Positions 27,941 to 40,280 of a stretch of 64,000 bases of DNA are shown here, piece after piece. Numbering within the stretch: position 1 is the first letter of the stretch; every line of letters starts with the position of its first letter. Under the pieces are notes generated by a model. That model did not search any database. It was not told where the DNA came from and was given only the letters and a program-made list of their open reading frames with translations. The translations under genes and the position numbers were made by a program. Source of the stretch: Epiperipatus broadwayi (taxonomy: Eukaryota; Animalia; Onychophora); contig JAQFVV010000008.1 of NCBI GenBank assembly GCA_028023455.1, forward strand, positions 434,001 to 498,000. The letters run 5' to 3'.

Positions 27941-28020
27941 TAAACCATCAAACATCACATGATCACCATCTCTATACTAGCACATAATTTGTTGTAAACT
28001 GTATGGGGAGTTTTCCTTTG
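27941..28020 (-). repeat. Dispersed short repeat family (AAAACTCYCCATACAG ... GATGGTGATCATGTGATG); other copies at 35895-35950 (+) and 57655-57700
   Basis: The same motifs occur at three sites in both orientations. The terminal motif is shared with the arms of the 57711-58036 foldback. Confidence 0.6.
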
Positions 28021-29123
28021 TTTATATGTTACTTAGTAATATGATTAAATCACGTTTTTGTTGATATAATTTTCAATGCTACATAAGCTTATATTCCTCA
28101 GATGTATAAGTATCAAAATCTCATATTTGATGTGCCAAATCATGGCATGCAGATTCAGTATATATTTTATTAAGTAATATGCCAAAATTAAAATGTGTTC
28201 ATGATACATGTTAGCTGTGCCAAATTATATAGTGGTGTGTTTGTAGCTGCTCCATTTTTGGGCATCCAAATTATGTAACTTGTGAGCATATTTTCTCTAA
28301 CCACATGTTGTCAACACCACTTTATGTAACTTATGGGTATATTTTTCGATGCCACAAGTTGGCAGTGCAAATTTATTTAATGGTTGAATATATTTTGTTG
28401 AGGCCTCATTGTTCGGATGTCTGTATTTTTTTTAGAAGAAAACAGGTAATTCACCACAGATGTCAGAAAGTTTTTATTATTATTATTATTATTATTATCT
28501 TAAAATGAATGGAATTATTAATATTTTGACTACGGCAATTTCTTTGATTACTACTAATAAAAGATTATATCATTCACAATTTAAAGTAATATTATTGTAA
28601 TCTCAAAACACCAATTTTTTTTTTAACAAATATACAAACCATTCCTTCAGATACTTCATGCTGAATTTGAGTTAGTTTGTTAATTATATCATTTTGATTT
28701 TAAGTACTACTATATTAGTTTTTAGTTTAGGATTTCATACTTCAGAATATTGACATGGCCTAGTAGTAGTTTTGAAATAACTTTACTGATAACTATTAAT
28801 AAAGAATTTTTTTATGACTTCAGTGTTAGTAATCTTTGTATTTTTTGATAGAGCAATGGTCTTACTAGCTTAAAGTTGAAAAGGGCTTAACAGCTTCAAA
28901 GTTAAACTCCTCTAGTGCTTTAATGTTAAGATATATTTAAGGTGTTTACAGCTGGTTAGTAGAATTTTAAGGATGACTTTTTGCTCCATAATGCTTTGCT
29001 TTTCATTGCAAAAATATGTTTACATATTGGTTTCTTTCCTACATTTAAACTTAAAATTTAAATATTCATTTTTTTGAATGTATTAGTATATATGTGAGTG
29101 TGTGCATGATTGTTAAAAATTAT

Positions 29124-30299
29124 GGTACTCGTACTTATAACAATCCATCCCACTCGATGGTGCTATTGCTCATCAAAAACAAAGAGATATAATGTTACTG
29201 GGCTGATTTACATTTTAATTTTTTTTAAATAATGCTTTCACTGGTTTCTTTTCTTTTTAGGGATTTACTTTTTTTTTTAGATATAAAACATTGAATTTCT
29301 TTCAAAATACATTTACTTTTTTTTTTTTAACATTTTCTAAATAATAGTTTTTAATTACTTTATATATTTCAGCGCATAGCGTTGGAATGTGCAGGAGGGG
29401 TGATCACTGTTTTTGCCTATCCAAAGGATTGGTCAATAGATCCACTACTCTGATCAAACCAACCTTAGGATTTTTAAAATGACATGCAACCTCAGACATT
29501 TGATTTGTCTCGTAGCTATTCTTTACGAAACAACATTATTTAATAGAATGCAATAATTGAATTTCTTTCAAAATACATTTACTTTTTTTTAAAAAAACAT
29601 TTTCTAAATTACAGTTTCTATGCACTGGAATGTGTAGGGGGAGTGACCACTATTTTTGCCGACCTGAAGGATCTGCTAATAAATCCACTACTCTGATCAA
29701 ACCAACCTGAGGATTTCTAAAACGACATGCAACTTCAGACATTTGATTTGTTTCATAGTTGTTCTTTACAAAACAACATTATTTAATAGAATGGAATAAT
29801 TACATTTTTAAATTACATTATACATTTCAGCATGTAGCGCTCCACCACAGCCATTTTTGTAGTCTCTAGTTGTTCTCATGCAAATGTGACTTTTCCCGTG
29901 AATTCTCTGAAATAATGCTGGAAACTACCCTTTTGAAATTAAATTCACCTTCAAAGATGTGTAGGGAAGTGCAGCGACGGGCTTACAATTATTACTATGC
30001 GACAGTACATCGAGTAGGATATAAGATCATTACTCCGAATGCACATTAAAAAGAGTTATGGTCACTTGAATTCTACACATCCTCACATCGTGCAGTAGCA
30101 ATATGTGAAGTGTGCGCTATTTGTATAGTGTCGCAAAGTACATTAGTGGGCTGTGTGTAACGCAATCTAGGCCTGCATTGGCTAATATGAACACAATTGT
30201 TTTATAGGCCGTAAGTTTGCTATGTAAATGACATATTTCTGTGCTTTTGCATGGAAACAGTGCCATCGAGTGGGATGGATTGTTATAAGTATAAATACC
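29124..30299. mobile_element. Non-autonomous TIR element, Merlin-like
   Basis: 37-bp TIRs GGTACTCGTACTTATAACAATCCATCCCACTCGATGG (29124-29160) versus revcomp of 30263-30299 (3 mismatches). GGTAC terminus fits the Merlin GGNRM consensus. 9-bp flanks AAAAATTAT/AAAATTTAT (1 mismatch). Internal 266-bp tandem duplication (29291-29556, 29557-29801). Confidence 0.65.
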
Positions 30300-30468
30300 A
30301 AAATTTATTTGTTGAGAAAACTTCATGCATTCGGTTTTAAACTACTATCTTGTTGTGCCGTATAGCCAGCCCAAAAACTTTTATATTAAAGTTCATGTTA
30401 GAAATTCAAATATTAAACCTGTAGTGTCATATAAAATTTAATATATTGAATCCCTTTTTTATATATAG

Positions 30469-30616
30469 AGCTTTTACTACACTCTGTTATACTGCAGATG
30501 GAACATGTATTTTAGCTGGAGGACGCTCAAAGAATATTTGTTATTATAATGTAAAAGAACAAATTCTTATCAGAAAATTTGAAATTACATGCAATCTGTC
30601 TTTTGATGGGATTGAG
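30469..30616 (+). CDS. PWP2: PWP2 coding exon
   Basis: atatag|A GCT TTT ACT...ATT GAG|gttagt. Encodes AFTTLCYTADGTCILAGGRSKNICYYNVKEQILIRKFEITCNLSFDGIE. Confidence 0.95.
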
Positions 30617-32630
30617 GTTAGTTGCTTTAGTACTTTTATATTTTTTAATTTATTGTTATTATTATTTTCTTCACCTGTCATATTATTATTATTAACAACT
30701 ATAATAATTATAACAAACCTTTATGCTAAAAAAAAATCAGAATTTGTATTAAATATTATGAAATCATAAGAGGGTATAATTTTTATATCTGTTAAATTTG
30801 ATTTTATTGATTTAATATTAAAAATAATTTTTTATATTTTTATCATTTTAATATTCTCTTTTTTATTTATTAGTATTTAGACATGAAATTTATATGCTTG
30901 ATTTCACTGAAGTTTATGTTTATGGAACTTTGAAATTTGCTTTATATTTTAAATGGTAATTTAATTATAAAGAAACAAAAATTAAGGAAAAAAAAGTAAC
31001 ATATATTTGTAGTAAATTCCATTTTGTAAATGAATCTTGAAAAACAATGAAACTTTTTATCACTTTCAGGCATTCAATATTTTATCTTTTAATTATTAAT
31101 TATGTACAGTATTTATTTGCTGAAGATTCTTTTAGTATTCCCTCCCCCCTCTTTTTTTTTTTAAAAAAAAAACCTTTTTTTTGCTACACTTCACATTCTT
31201 CAAGATCTTTTTTATTTAGTTATTTATTTTATAACAATTAGATGCAGAAATTCTTATTTTTTTATAATTCTATCTGGTAAATTTTTCATCTTTTTTTTTT
31301 TTTTTTTTTTTTTGGAATATATGTATTTTTTAATCAAATATTTTTTTTTTTTTAGTTCTATTTTATTTAAAAATAAATTTAATTGGCTCTTAAAACAGTC
31401 TTTTATTTATTTTTTTGATTAAAATTTCTGATATTTCTACTTTTTCTGTTACTGCTTCACATTTTTTAAATTTTAATATGATTTATTTGATATATTGTTT
31501 AATTTGAAGTCTAAAATACATTATCATTTTGCTTATAAATTTAAACTATGACATATAATTTTTTTGTAATATTATGAATTTATATTAAATTTCTTTTCTA
31601 CTGAAAAAACAATACTGTAACTTCATTTTTTATGTATTCTTAATTTAGTCTTAATCAGATTTAAGAATTTATTTAATTTTGTTTTTCACTATAGTTTTGT
31701 TGATCAAATTGACTTTATTTAATTTGATATTATTGAATTTTGTTTTGTTTTCTGATTATTTTCATCAGATTTTTTTTCCTAGTGTAAACTTTTTTAATTC
31801 TATATTTTTCCCTTGAAATGTGACAAAATGATCTCATTGTCTTTGTTATGCTGCAATGAATCTAAAAATGTCAATTGAAACTTCAGGGGAAATTTCTATT
31901 GGAAAATTTGGGTGAAAAGACTTCAGATTTCACCATTTACAAATTATATAAATAGCAAAATATTATGAACACATTAGGTACCATTTTAATATGAGCTCTA
32001 AGACTTTTTCACTCATAGATGAGCCACTGAACTGATCTAATGCATGAAAGTAAATGCATGAGGAAAATATATGTAATAATAAAATAATACAAACAATAAA
32101 TATTATACGTATTTACCATTATGTTAGATTTATTGCTTAATATGTCACTAGTAATTCGGTAGCTCCCTCATGTGTAAAAAGAAGTCCCAAAATGCTATCA
32201 TACATTTGAAAAATGAAGGAAAAATTTTAGAGTTGATATATAAATCAGGGTTTTTGTTCAAAGTAAAGAAAACAAAACATGAAAATTATTAATGCAGAGG
32301 ATTTTTTAAGTATTAGAATAAGAAATTAATTTTTTGTATATAGTTGTTGTTTTTTTACTTTCTATGATTTCAAATTAAAGAATTTTTATTACATCTTCAT
32401 ATTCTGAAGAATAATTGTTTATTTGATAAATACAGTTCATGTTTCTTTTTTTTTTAAAAAATTTGTTATTATATAATAGATTTTTATCTTCTACTTAATA
32501 TATTGCTGATATAAAATTATTCCTGAAGAAAAGGTTGTACCAATGTATGAATCGTGTGAATTATTGAGTAAGATATGAATCATCAAAGTTGGTATCAGTT
32601 GCATGGTTGCTATCACTTATGTAAAGGAAA

Positions 32631-32694
32631 TAGATTTGAGAAAGCCATCTAAGAAATTGTTTTTTAGATTTGAGAAAGCCATCTAAGAAATTGT
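32631..32694. repeat. 34-bp tandem duplication
   Basis: TAGATTTGAGAAAGCCATCTAAGAAATTGT occurs at 32631 and again at 32665. Confidence 0.85.
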
Positions 32695-33439
32695 ATTTCA
32701 GCATTATTGAAAGATTATTCCAAGAACCAAAAATTTGGAATAAAACCATATCAATAGTTTGATATATTTTGAAAAAGAAGTAAGAGACTAGACATATATC
32801 CTGTAGGTTGGTTCTTGTGTCTAATTGCAATTTATATGCATTGAAATGAAAAAAAGTTTGATGAACTTGGTAGCAATAATTTCAGGGCGAAAAAAAATTA
32901 AGCATTATAGAACAATGCATTTAGATAGATATTAGTTCAGAATTGTATATTCATCAAAAAATATTGGCATTCCAACCTTTGGAGACTATCAAAGAGGAAG
33001 TGATGATAAGGTCTATTTCATTTGAATGAGTAATGAACTATTATCAGAAAAAGGTATAAAATCTAATCCATTCTCGTCAGGACTGCTATTAATTCTAGAT
33101 AGTTATAAGTTTAGTAGTGAAATTATTTAGAAATAGTAATGGCATAATGTCATGTTAAATGTTAATTTTTTTTTTTATACTTTGATGTTTGGTAATATTA
33201 TATTTTGCAGCAACTTAATTACACAGCTGATTCAGCTTTATTCATGAGCTTTTTCACTAAAATTTTTTGCAATGGATGTTGTAAATTAACATAATTTATC
33301 ATTTTCTGTTATACAAAGGTTTTCTCTACATAATTAAAAATTTGCTAATCTTTATTATTATTATTTTTTCTGTTCCAAAGGATATCCTAAACCATTTCTA
33401 ATAAGATAACATATAGTCCAAATGTTCAGTGTTTTTTCA

Positions 33440-33660
33440 CAATGTTTATAAAAGATCCATATATTTTCTTGGCCACTATGTCTGTAAATCTTTCATATAT
33501 TTAAAATGGTGCCTGCAAGTCTATTCTTAAATGCCCAGCTATATCATGTGCGTAAGATAAATATTCAATGTTTACATATATTTTAGAACACTATTAATGA
33601 TCTATGGTTTCACCCACATTAAATGTTCTTTAGGTTGCAGCTCATGGTGGTCATTATAAG
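33440..33660 (-). mobile_element. Possible gypsy integrase Zn-binding region remnant
   Basis: Minus-strand YAHDIAGHLRID...*WPRKYMD resembles HD..GH.G...YYWP.M..D. Short and frameshifted. Confidence 0.3.
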
Positions 33661-36600
33661 ATATTTTTTTATTTTAATATGATTACATCTTTCATTTCTC
33701 TAAGCAATTTATTGATTTGGTAGTGTGTTACTCACATGTTGCTTTATATATCTAATAAGTTTTAAGCATTTGTATGAGTCCTTTTTCATGAGCAAATTTT
33801 TATATTGAGCAATGGATGGTGATGAATTTCTTGTACATCAAGAATTAAGCATTAGTTTAAATATATTAACAAATATCTATTACAAAGATGATTACAACAC
33901 TGAGTTTGTCTTATAAATCATGCTTCATCTATTAATTGTATTTTTTAAACATAGCATACAGTGAAACATTTATTTAATTATTATTTGTATTTATTTATTT
34001 ATTGCCTATGATTTACAAATAAAAAAAAGTTTTTCCTTTTTTTGTTTGGCTTAAACCAAAATTTTTTTTATATGTCACTTATTATGAATACAGTCTTTTA
34101 ATCATTTATTTAAAATGAGTTTAAACCCTGTATTATAAATATTACTTAAAATTCAGAGACTGCTTTGATAAAAATAAAATTAAAATTTCTTAGATTAAAT
34201 TCTGAGTGCTGAAAGTTTGAGCATGTTGAAATTATTCTAAAAGATTTTAACTATTTTTATTTCTGCATCAAGTTCCTTCACAACTTTTTTTGTATAAAAC
34301 ATATATTTTTTTTGTGTGTGTGCTATATGATAAACTATAATGTTGAAATGCTATAATATGAGACGATCTTGAGCAATAAGCATATAGCGATAATTTTAAG
34401 TATAATAAAAGAAAAATACAATGTACATGTGTTTATAACCTTTCAGTACTTAATTTTTTTTTTAATTATTATGTTTAAATATTTATCTACATATATTTAG
34501 ATTAATGTTTAGAAGATATTTTTTATTTATATAATTTCTTCCTTTTTTAAAAAATTTATATATATTGTAACGGTATGAAAAAGGTAGAAGTGATCATGGG
34601 GAGATGGGAAATCATCATCATCTCTGAATAATCATAAATAAAATAAAGGAAAGAAAAAATGAGCATGTATAAAAGAAATAAGAGCATAACTATCAGCACT
34701 GAACAAAACTATAATTATAAGTTATGATCTGCATCACTCCCAATGCTCTGGCCATAGAGTACCATTGAGTATACAGGCCAACTATAAACTCAATTTTCTT
34801 CTAAAAAAAATAAAATGCACTGAATGGACTTTAAGATAATACCTTTGCATGTCCATCCACATACATAAATCCTCACATGTAGATAAACCAACTGTTATTG
34901 CTCGGGCTTTCTTGGAAAGTAGGGACCATAGGAACTGTGAGTGTAAACGAGAAAATATTCAACATATAATATTTTAAACCTATTTTAGTATGAAATAAAT
35001 TCACTGGAATAACTTAAAACAATGATATACAAATTTATTGATTAGAAACAATAAAATCAAATTAAAGGTCTATTAAGTATGTTATAAATATAAATACATC
35101 ATTTCAATTTTGATTAAAAATAATAAAATATGCTATAACATTGTAATTTATAGATATTGCAATATGACACATCTATATCAGTGCACAGATGTGCATGTAT
35201 AATATAAAATTAATATAATTGAATTGTCAATATACTAGTTTAAAAAATCAATTTATTTTAATAAGACATACATGGGTATCCATACAAATGTGGACACGCT
35301 GACATTTATATCATAATGATATTTCATTTGTCATTAACAAATTTATTAAATCCCTATATTCATATTATATTCTCACAAGAAATAATTAACTCAATGTTGG
35401 AAATACACATAAAACAAATGCACACATATGTACATATTCTAATATAAAATAAAATAGGTGATTTGAATTTTAAATATTCTTATGAATCGAGTTATTAGTA
35501 CATTATTTTAAATTGTAAGTAAAAGTTTTTTAAAAGAAAGCATTATCTTTTAAGTCCAGTGTGAAAGTTTTTTCAAAACTCTTTAGTTTTAGTTTTTTCA
35601 TTTACAATATTTAAGAAAGACTTTGAATTTACCTTTGTAATTCAAAAATTAAATCTTTTAAGAATGATAACTGCAATAAATCCTCTGAAGACAAACTGGT
35701 CATTTATCCTTTTCCCCTTATTTTTTTTTTAGTTGAATAATTTAATGAAAAGTTATTTATTTTAAAACTTATAAATTAAGTATGTAACTTCAACTGCAAA
35801 GTTAAGTGTTTGAAATAAGATCATTTTCAATAGGCAATATACTATTCACCAGCTAATATCTGTTTGTGCACTAGATCTCCTGTACACACTTTATTTAAAC
35901 AGGCAAAACTCTCCATACAGAGATGGTGATCATGTGATGTTTAGTGATTTAACACACTTTATTTATATGATCACAGTAACTTCGTCTGTTCTTTTTTGCA
36001 TATAGGTAAAGCAGCATATGTATAAAATATATCATGATAGTTTCTCAATAAGCTGTCTTATTTTCATCATGTCAGTGGTAAAACAGTAGATTGCCTTATT
36101 GACAATTTTGGAAAAGATGTCAGCCCCATTCAGTCTCTATAGTTTGATAACTTCAGGCAGGCAAGCAGTCTAGTACCTCATATTGGCTACGAACTACAGA
36201 AAACCAGCCATTACCTGCATATGAATTCTAACTTCACCATCATGAAACTAGTAGCAGCTGGCTTGCACTCTACATCTGCCTAAATTTACGACTATATCTG
36301 TCTCTTTTTTCTTTCAACCCCATTTTTTATAGTATATGATGGAATTTGAAAACACAGTAGAGTTTTTCTTTTTTTATCTTGATCAAAAAAAAAAACAATG
36401 TAATAACTCTTTAATTTGATTAATCAAAACCAATTTTTATCTCAAAATTTTTTTACTCCTCCATACAAAATCAAGTTGTACAATTTAAATTCAAAGTATA
36501 TTATAATAATTTTCATTAAGTTTTAAGGTAAAAAAAAAGTCTTACTTAATCTAATTAAAAATAGATAGGAGAATTTTATAATTACTGTATTATCTGTTAT

Positions 36601-36927
36601 AAAAGGAAAACAGTCTTGTTTTAGATTTTTTATCAAAATCAGAATTAAATAGACCTTTTTAAATGGTTGATTTAAAATACAGTAATTTTAAATATCAAAG
36701 TCATTATTTATATATTAATTTGTTATTCCGGTGTATATTTCTTGTAAATAAATATCTATAATAAATTTTGTTTGTGTTCATTTCTACTGTATCTTTCAAT
36801 TTTATATACATATATGCACACACACACATTATTATGTTGTTGAATACCATGAGACATTACCATCTCAATATATTCATTATTGTTCATCAGTTCAATTTAT
36901 CTATAGATTTTATTATTATTATTATAG

Positions 36928-37099
36928 GAATTTTTAAATCGTAGAAAAATGACACAATTTGGTTCTAAAGCCTTAATAGAAGGGGATGAAGGAGAAGAAA
37001 GAGAAACTTTGAGTCTTCCAGGTGTTATTAAAGGAGATTTAGCATCTCGATCTTTTAAACCAGAAGTCAGAGTTGGTTGCATTCAATTTTCACCCACAG
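36928..37099 (+). CDS. PWP2: PWP2 coding exon
   Basis: attatag|GAA TTT TTA AAT CGT AGA AAA ATG...ACA G|gtttgt. Encodes EFLNRRKMTQFGSKALIEGDEGEERETLSLPGVIKGDLASRSFKPEVRVGCIQFSPT, with PWP2 motifs EFLNRRKMT.FG and FSPTG. Confidence 0.95.
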
Positions 37100-40000
37100 G
37101 TTTGTTATTAACAGATATCTTTAATGCACTATATTTAACATTAAATGAATTAATTAAATTGTAATAATTTTAATAAAATATTTCTTAATTTAAGGACTTT
37201 TTTATTAAATATAGATTGATGATTATAAAAAGAACTTGATAATAGTGTTGCCTCACAATATGCTTATTATTAAAATGATAAAATATTTAGATACATCCAT
37301 GTATGTATGTATTTTATAAGAATATAAAAACAGTTTATCTTTTTACATATATTTTTTCATTGTATTCATTAGTATCAATAGTTGTTCATAGGTTTTTAAA
37401 ATACAGTATATATGCAGTTTTATATAAAATCTTTTACTCACTGAACTGACTATGAATTTGTAAACTTACTGATTTATAAAGTGCCATTCATTTCCCAATA
37501 ATTTAATGCCTTGTGCTAAATAGCTGTAGACCAGTAATCATTTTTATCTATAGTTGGACAAGCAAGCTGACTTGAGTTCTAAATCTTAAGAGTGTTTGAA
37601 ACTTTAATCATAGTATAAAAGCTGACTGGCTGGTGTGTATGTGCAATCTAATGCTCTTCACCAGATGAAGTAAATAGTTAGAAACTACTCTAAATTTAAT
37701 TGCTACTACAATCTGGTATCCATTGATTACTTATAATATGTTGATTTTGGTTGGATTATAGCTCTTAATGTATTTATGTAAGAATGAGATAAATAATTGT
37801 GAAGGCTGGAAAAAGGAGTAGATATATTGGTTAAAGAAAAAAGAATTAGTTGTGAAAAATGGATATAAATTTTAAAAAGTAATTTAAAGATATATAAAAA
37901 TTATATAAAGAATATATTATAATACTAAAGTTGATTGTTATTTGGTGCAATGGTAGAGAAAGAAGGCAAAAAATGGAATAAGGATTTAATTTGTAGATGA
38001 ACTAAGGGTGGAAAAATAATTATTAGGTAATAAGAAATAAAAATTAAGTGAATTTGGATGGAGAAAAACTTGGTAATAAGGTTGTGGGCATATAGCCTAT
38101 GCATAAAAACTTCTGATCTTTTTTAAAAGAAAAGGCATTTGATATCACATAATGCTATTAGATGTAAAAATTTTTGCTTAATGTTGGATGCTGATTTTAG
38201 TGCTCTAATTGTTGTATAAGTCCATAATGAATTTTAAAAATTTATCAAAAATATTGAAAAAAAAAAGGATTATATATGTGGAAATATATGTCTACTTATA
38301 TTTTCAAAATTCTAAACTAAAAAAATATAATAGTTGAATTTTTATAACATTTTCTGATTTATCACAAATATTTTCATCTGCAGTAGCTTTTTAATCACTA
38401 TATGTATAACTTGAAATGAATTAAAGATTGATACAAGTATTTGAGATCTTAATTTTAAATCGGTGCAAGCTTTTTTGTTGTTATTTTTGTACATATTTAG
38501 TTTATAGAAATAAATTAATTAACTCTGATATATTTCCATTTTAATAATGATCTGACAAGATAAAACTTAGAAGTTTAAAACATTTTTGATTGCAAAATCT
38601 TATTTACAGTTTTTAAATCATTTAATTTATTTTTAGTTAGGCAAATGAAGAAATATGTTACAAAAAAATTAATAAGATTTATAAATGAGAATTTTAGTTA
38701 TGTACCAGGATCTTACATAAATTTCTTTCAAATCACCATATTAAGATTATTTTCTTTTTTGGCTTACTTGAGAATTAATTTGGATATCTAGCTTTTGAAA
38801 TCTTTATTCAGTCCTTCCAAGTTAAACGGTTCTAAATTTTTGTTTTTTTAATTTTGTATTCTTATTTGTTTGTAAAATTTTAAAAATGAATTGAAAATGG
38901 AAAAATATGTTCATATAAGCTGGTCCGCCTTTTCAGATTATTGCTTCTTTCTAGTCAAACTTTTTTTTTTCATCTGTGAAGGCATAATATTCTGATCTGC
39001 ATTAGCTATTTTTGATCATTAAGTGTATGAGTATACATATATCCTATTTAACACTGCTTTATACAGAGTTATCTTATAAACTATTTACTAAGAGATTGAT
39101 TTGATAACAGATTTATCATAAGAAAATTGACTATATTTTTTTTTAAAAAATCAAAATATAAAATAATCAAGAATTTTTGAAAAAATTAATATAACTAAAA
39201 TACTGCAATTTAATTATTGATAAATTTGAATTTAAAAAAACCTTTTTGTAAAGCTTTTTTTTTTCTTTTTTTTTGGCTGGGGGAAAGGAAAATTTTTTGG
39301 AGATAAAAATATATCATTCATGAGTAATTATGGGTACAATAAAAATGTATGCTGTTTTTTATAATTGTATCTTACTTGTATATTTTAGATATGTTTAAAT
39401 AATAAAAATAATGGGTGCTTTATTAGCAAAATTTGTAATCACTAATAAGGATTAGTGAAAAAAAGGATGTCTCTTTTTTTTCCCACAATCCTCAAAGTTG
39501 AATTATTGTTTAAAAGGGAAGATAATATAGGCCATTTCTTATCTAAAATAAAATTACATGTATTAATTTTAAAAAATTGTTACATGTTATTGTTAAAAAA
39601 TTTATCACATCCAGTATTTTTTATTTTGTATTTTCATTCACACTAATTTTATATTTAGCTAAAGTGATATTACCACTGCCAATATTTGAAAGGCATTTTA
39701 AACTCTAAATTGTACATTGTGTAATCTAGAATCTTTTGAGCTGAATTTAATATTAATAGAATACATGGAAATGGTTATGATTTGTACTCCAAAATGAAAT
39801 TCTCTAATTAAAGTATTATATGTTGCCCTAATTTAAAAATATATATAAATAATTTCAATCAAGTTTTTTATTTAATCCTGCCTACCATATATTATATTTG
39901 ACAATGAAAAGATTTTGATTATCATCTATAATAATTCTTAATTTTCTAGTGTAGTTAGAAGAGATATAATATTAACAGATAACTGAATTGAACTTCACGA

Positions 40001-40280
40001 TTAAGAATGAATTAATAGTTGTTGTTTTTTAATCTGATGTTTCTGACTTATTCACTTGAAGTTTATAATATTGCTCACTTCCATTAATGTTTATTGATAT
40101 CTTGTGGTTTAAATAAGTAGTATTAAATTACTTTATTTTGGATTTTTTCACAATAATGGTTTAACTATTTTATTTTGATTTCAGTGGATTTAGTTTGATT
40201 AATTTGATTCTAATAAAAGTTTTGTTTGGATTTTCTCCAATAGTTTATCTTTATGAGTTTTTTTTTTTGTTTAGTTTTAA

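Noticed and set aside
34566-35165. Second solo LTR starting ATAT|TGTAACGG
   Set aside because: No matching GTTACA end. The only CA|ATAT end (35160-35165) shows no terminal complementarity, and no clear promoter was seen.
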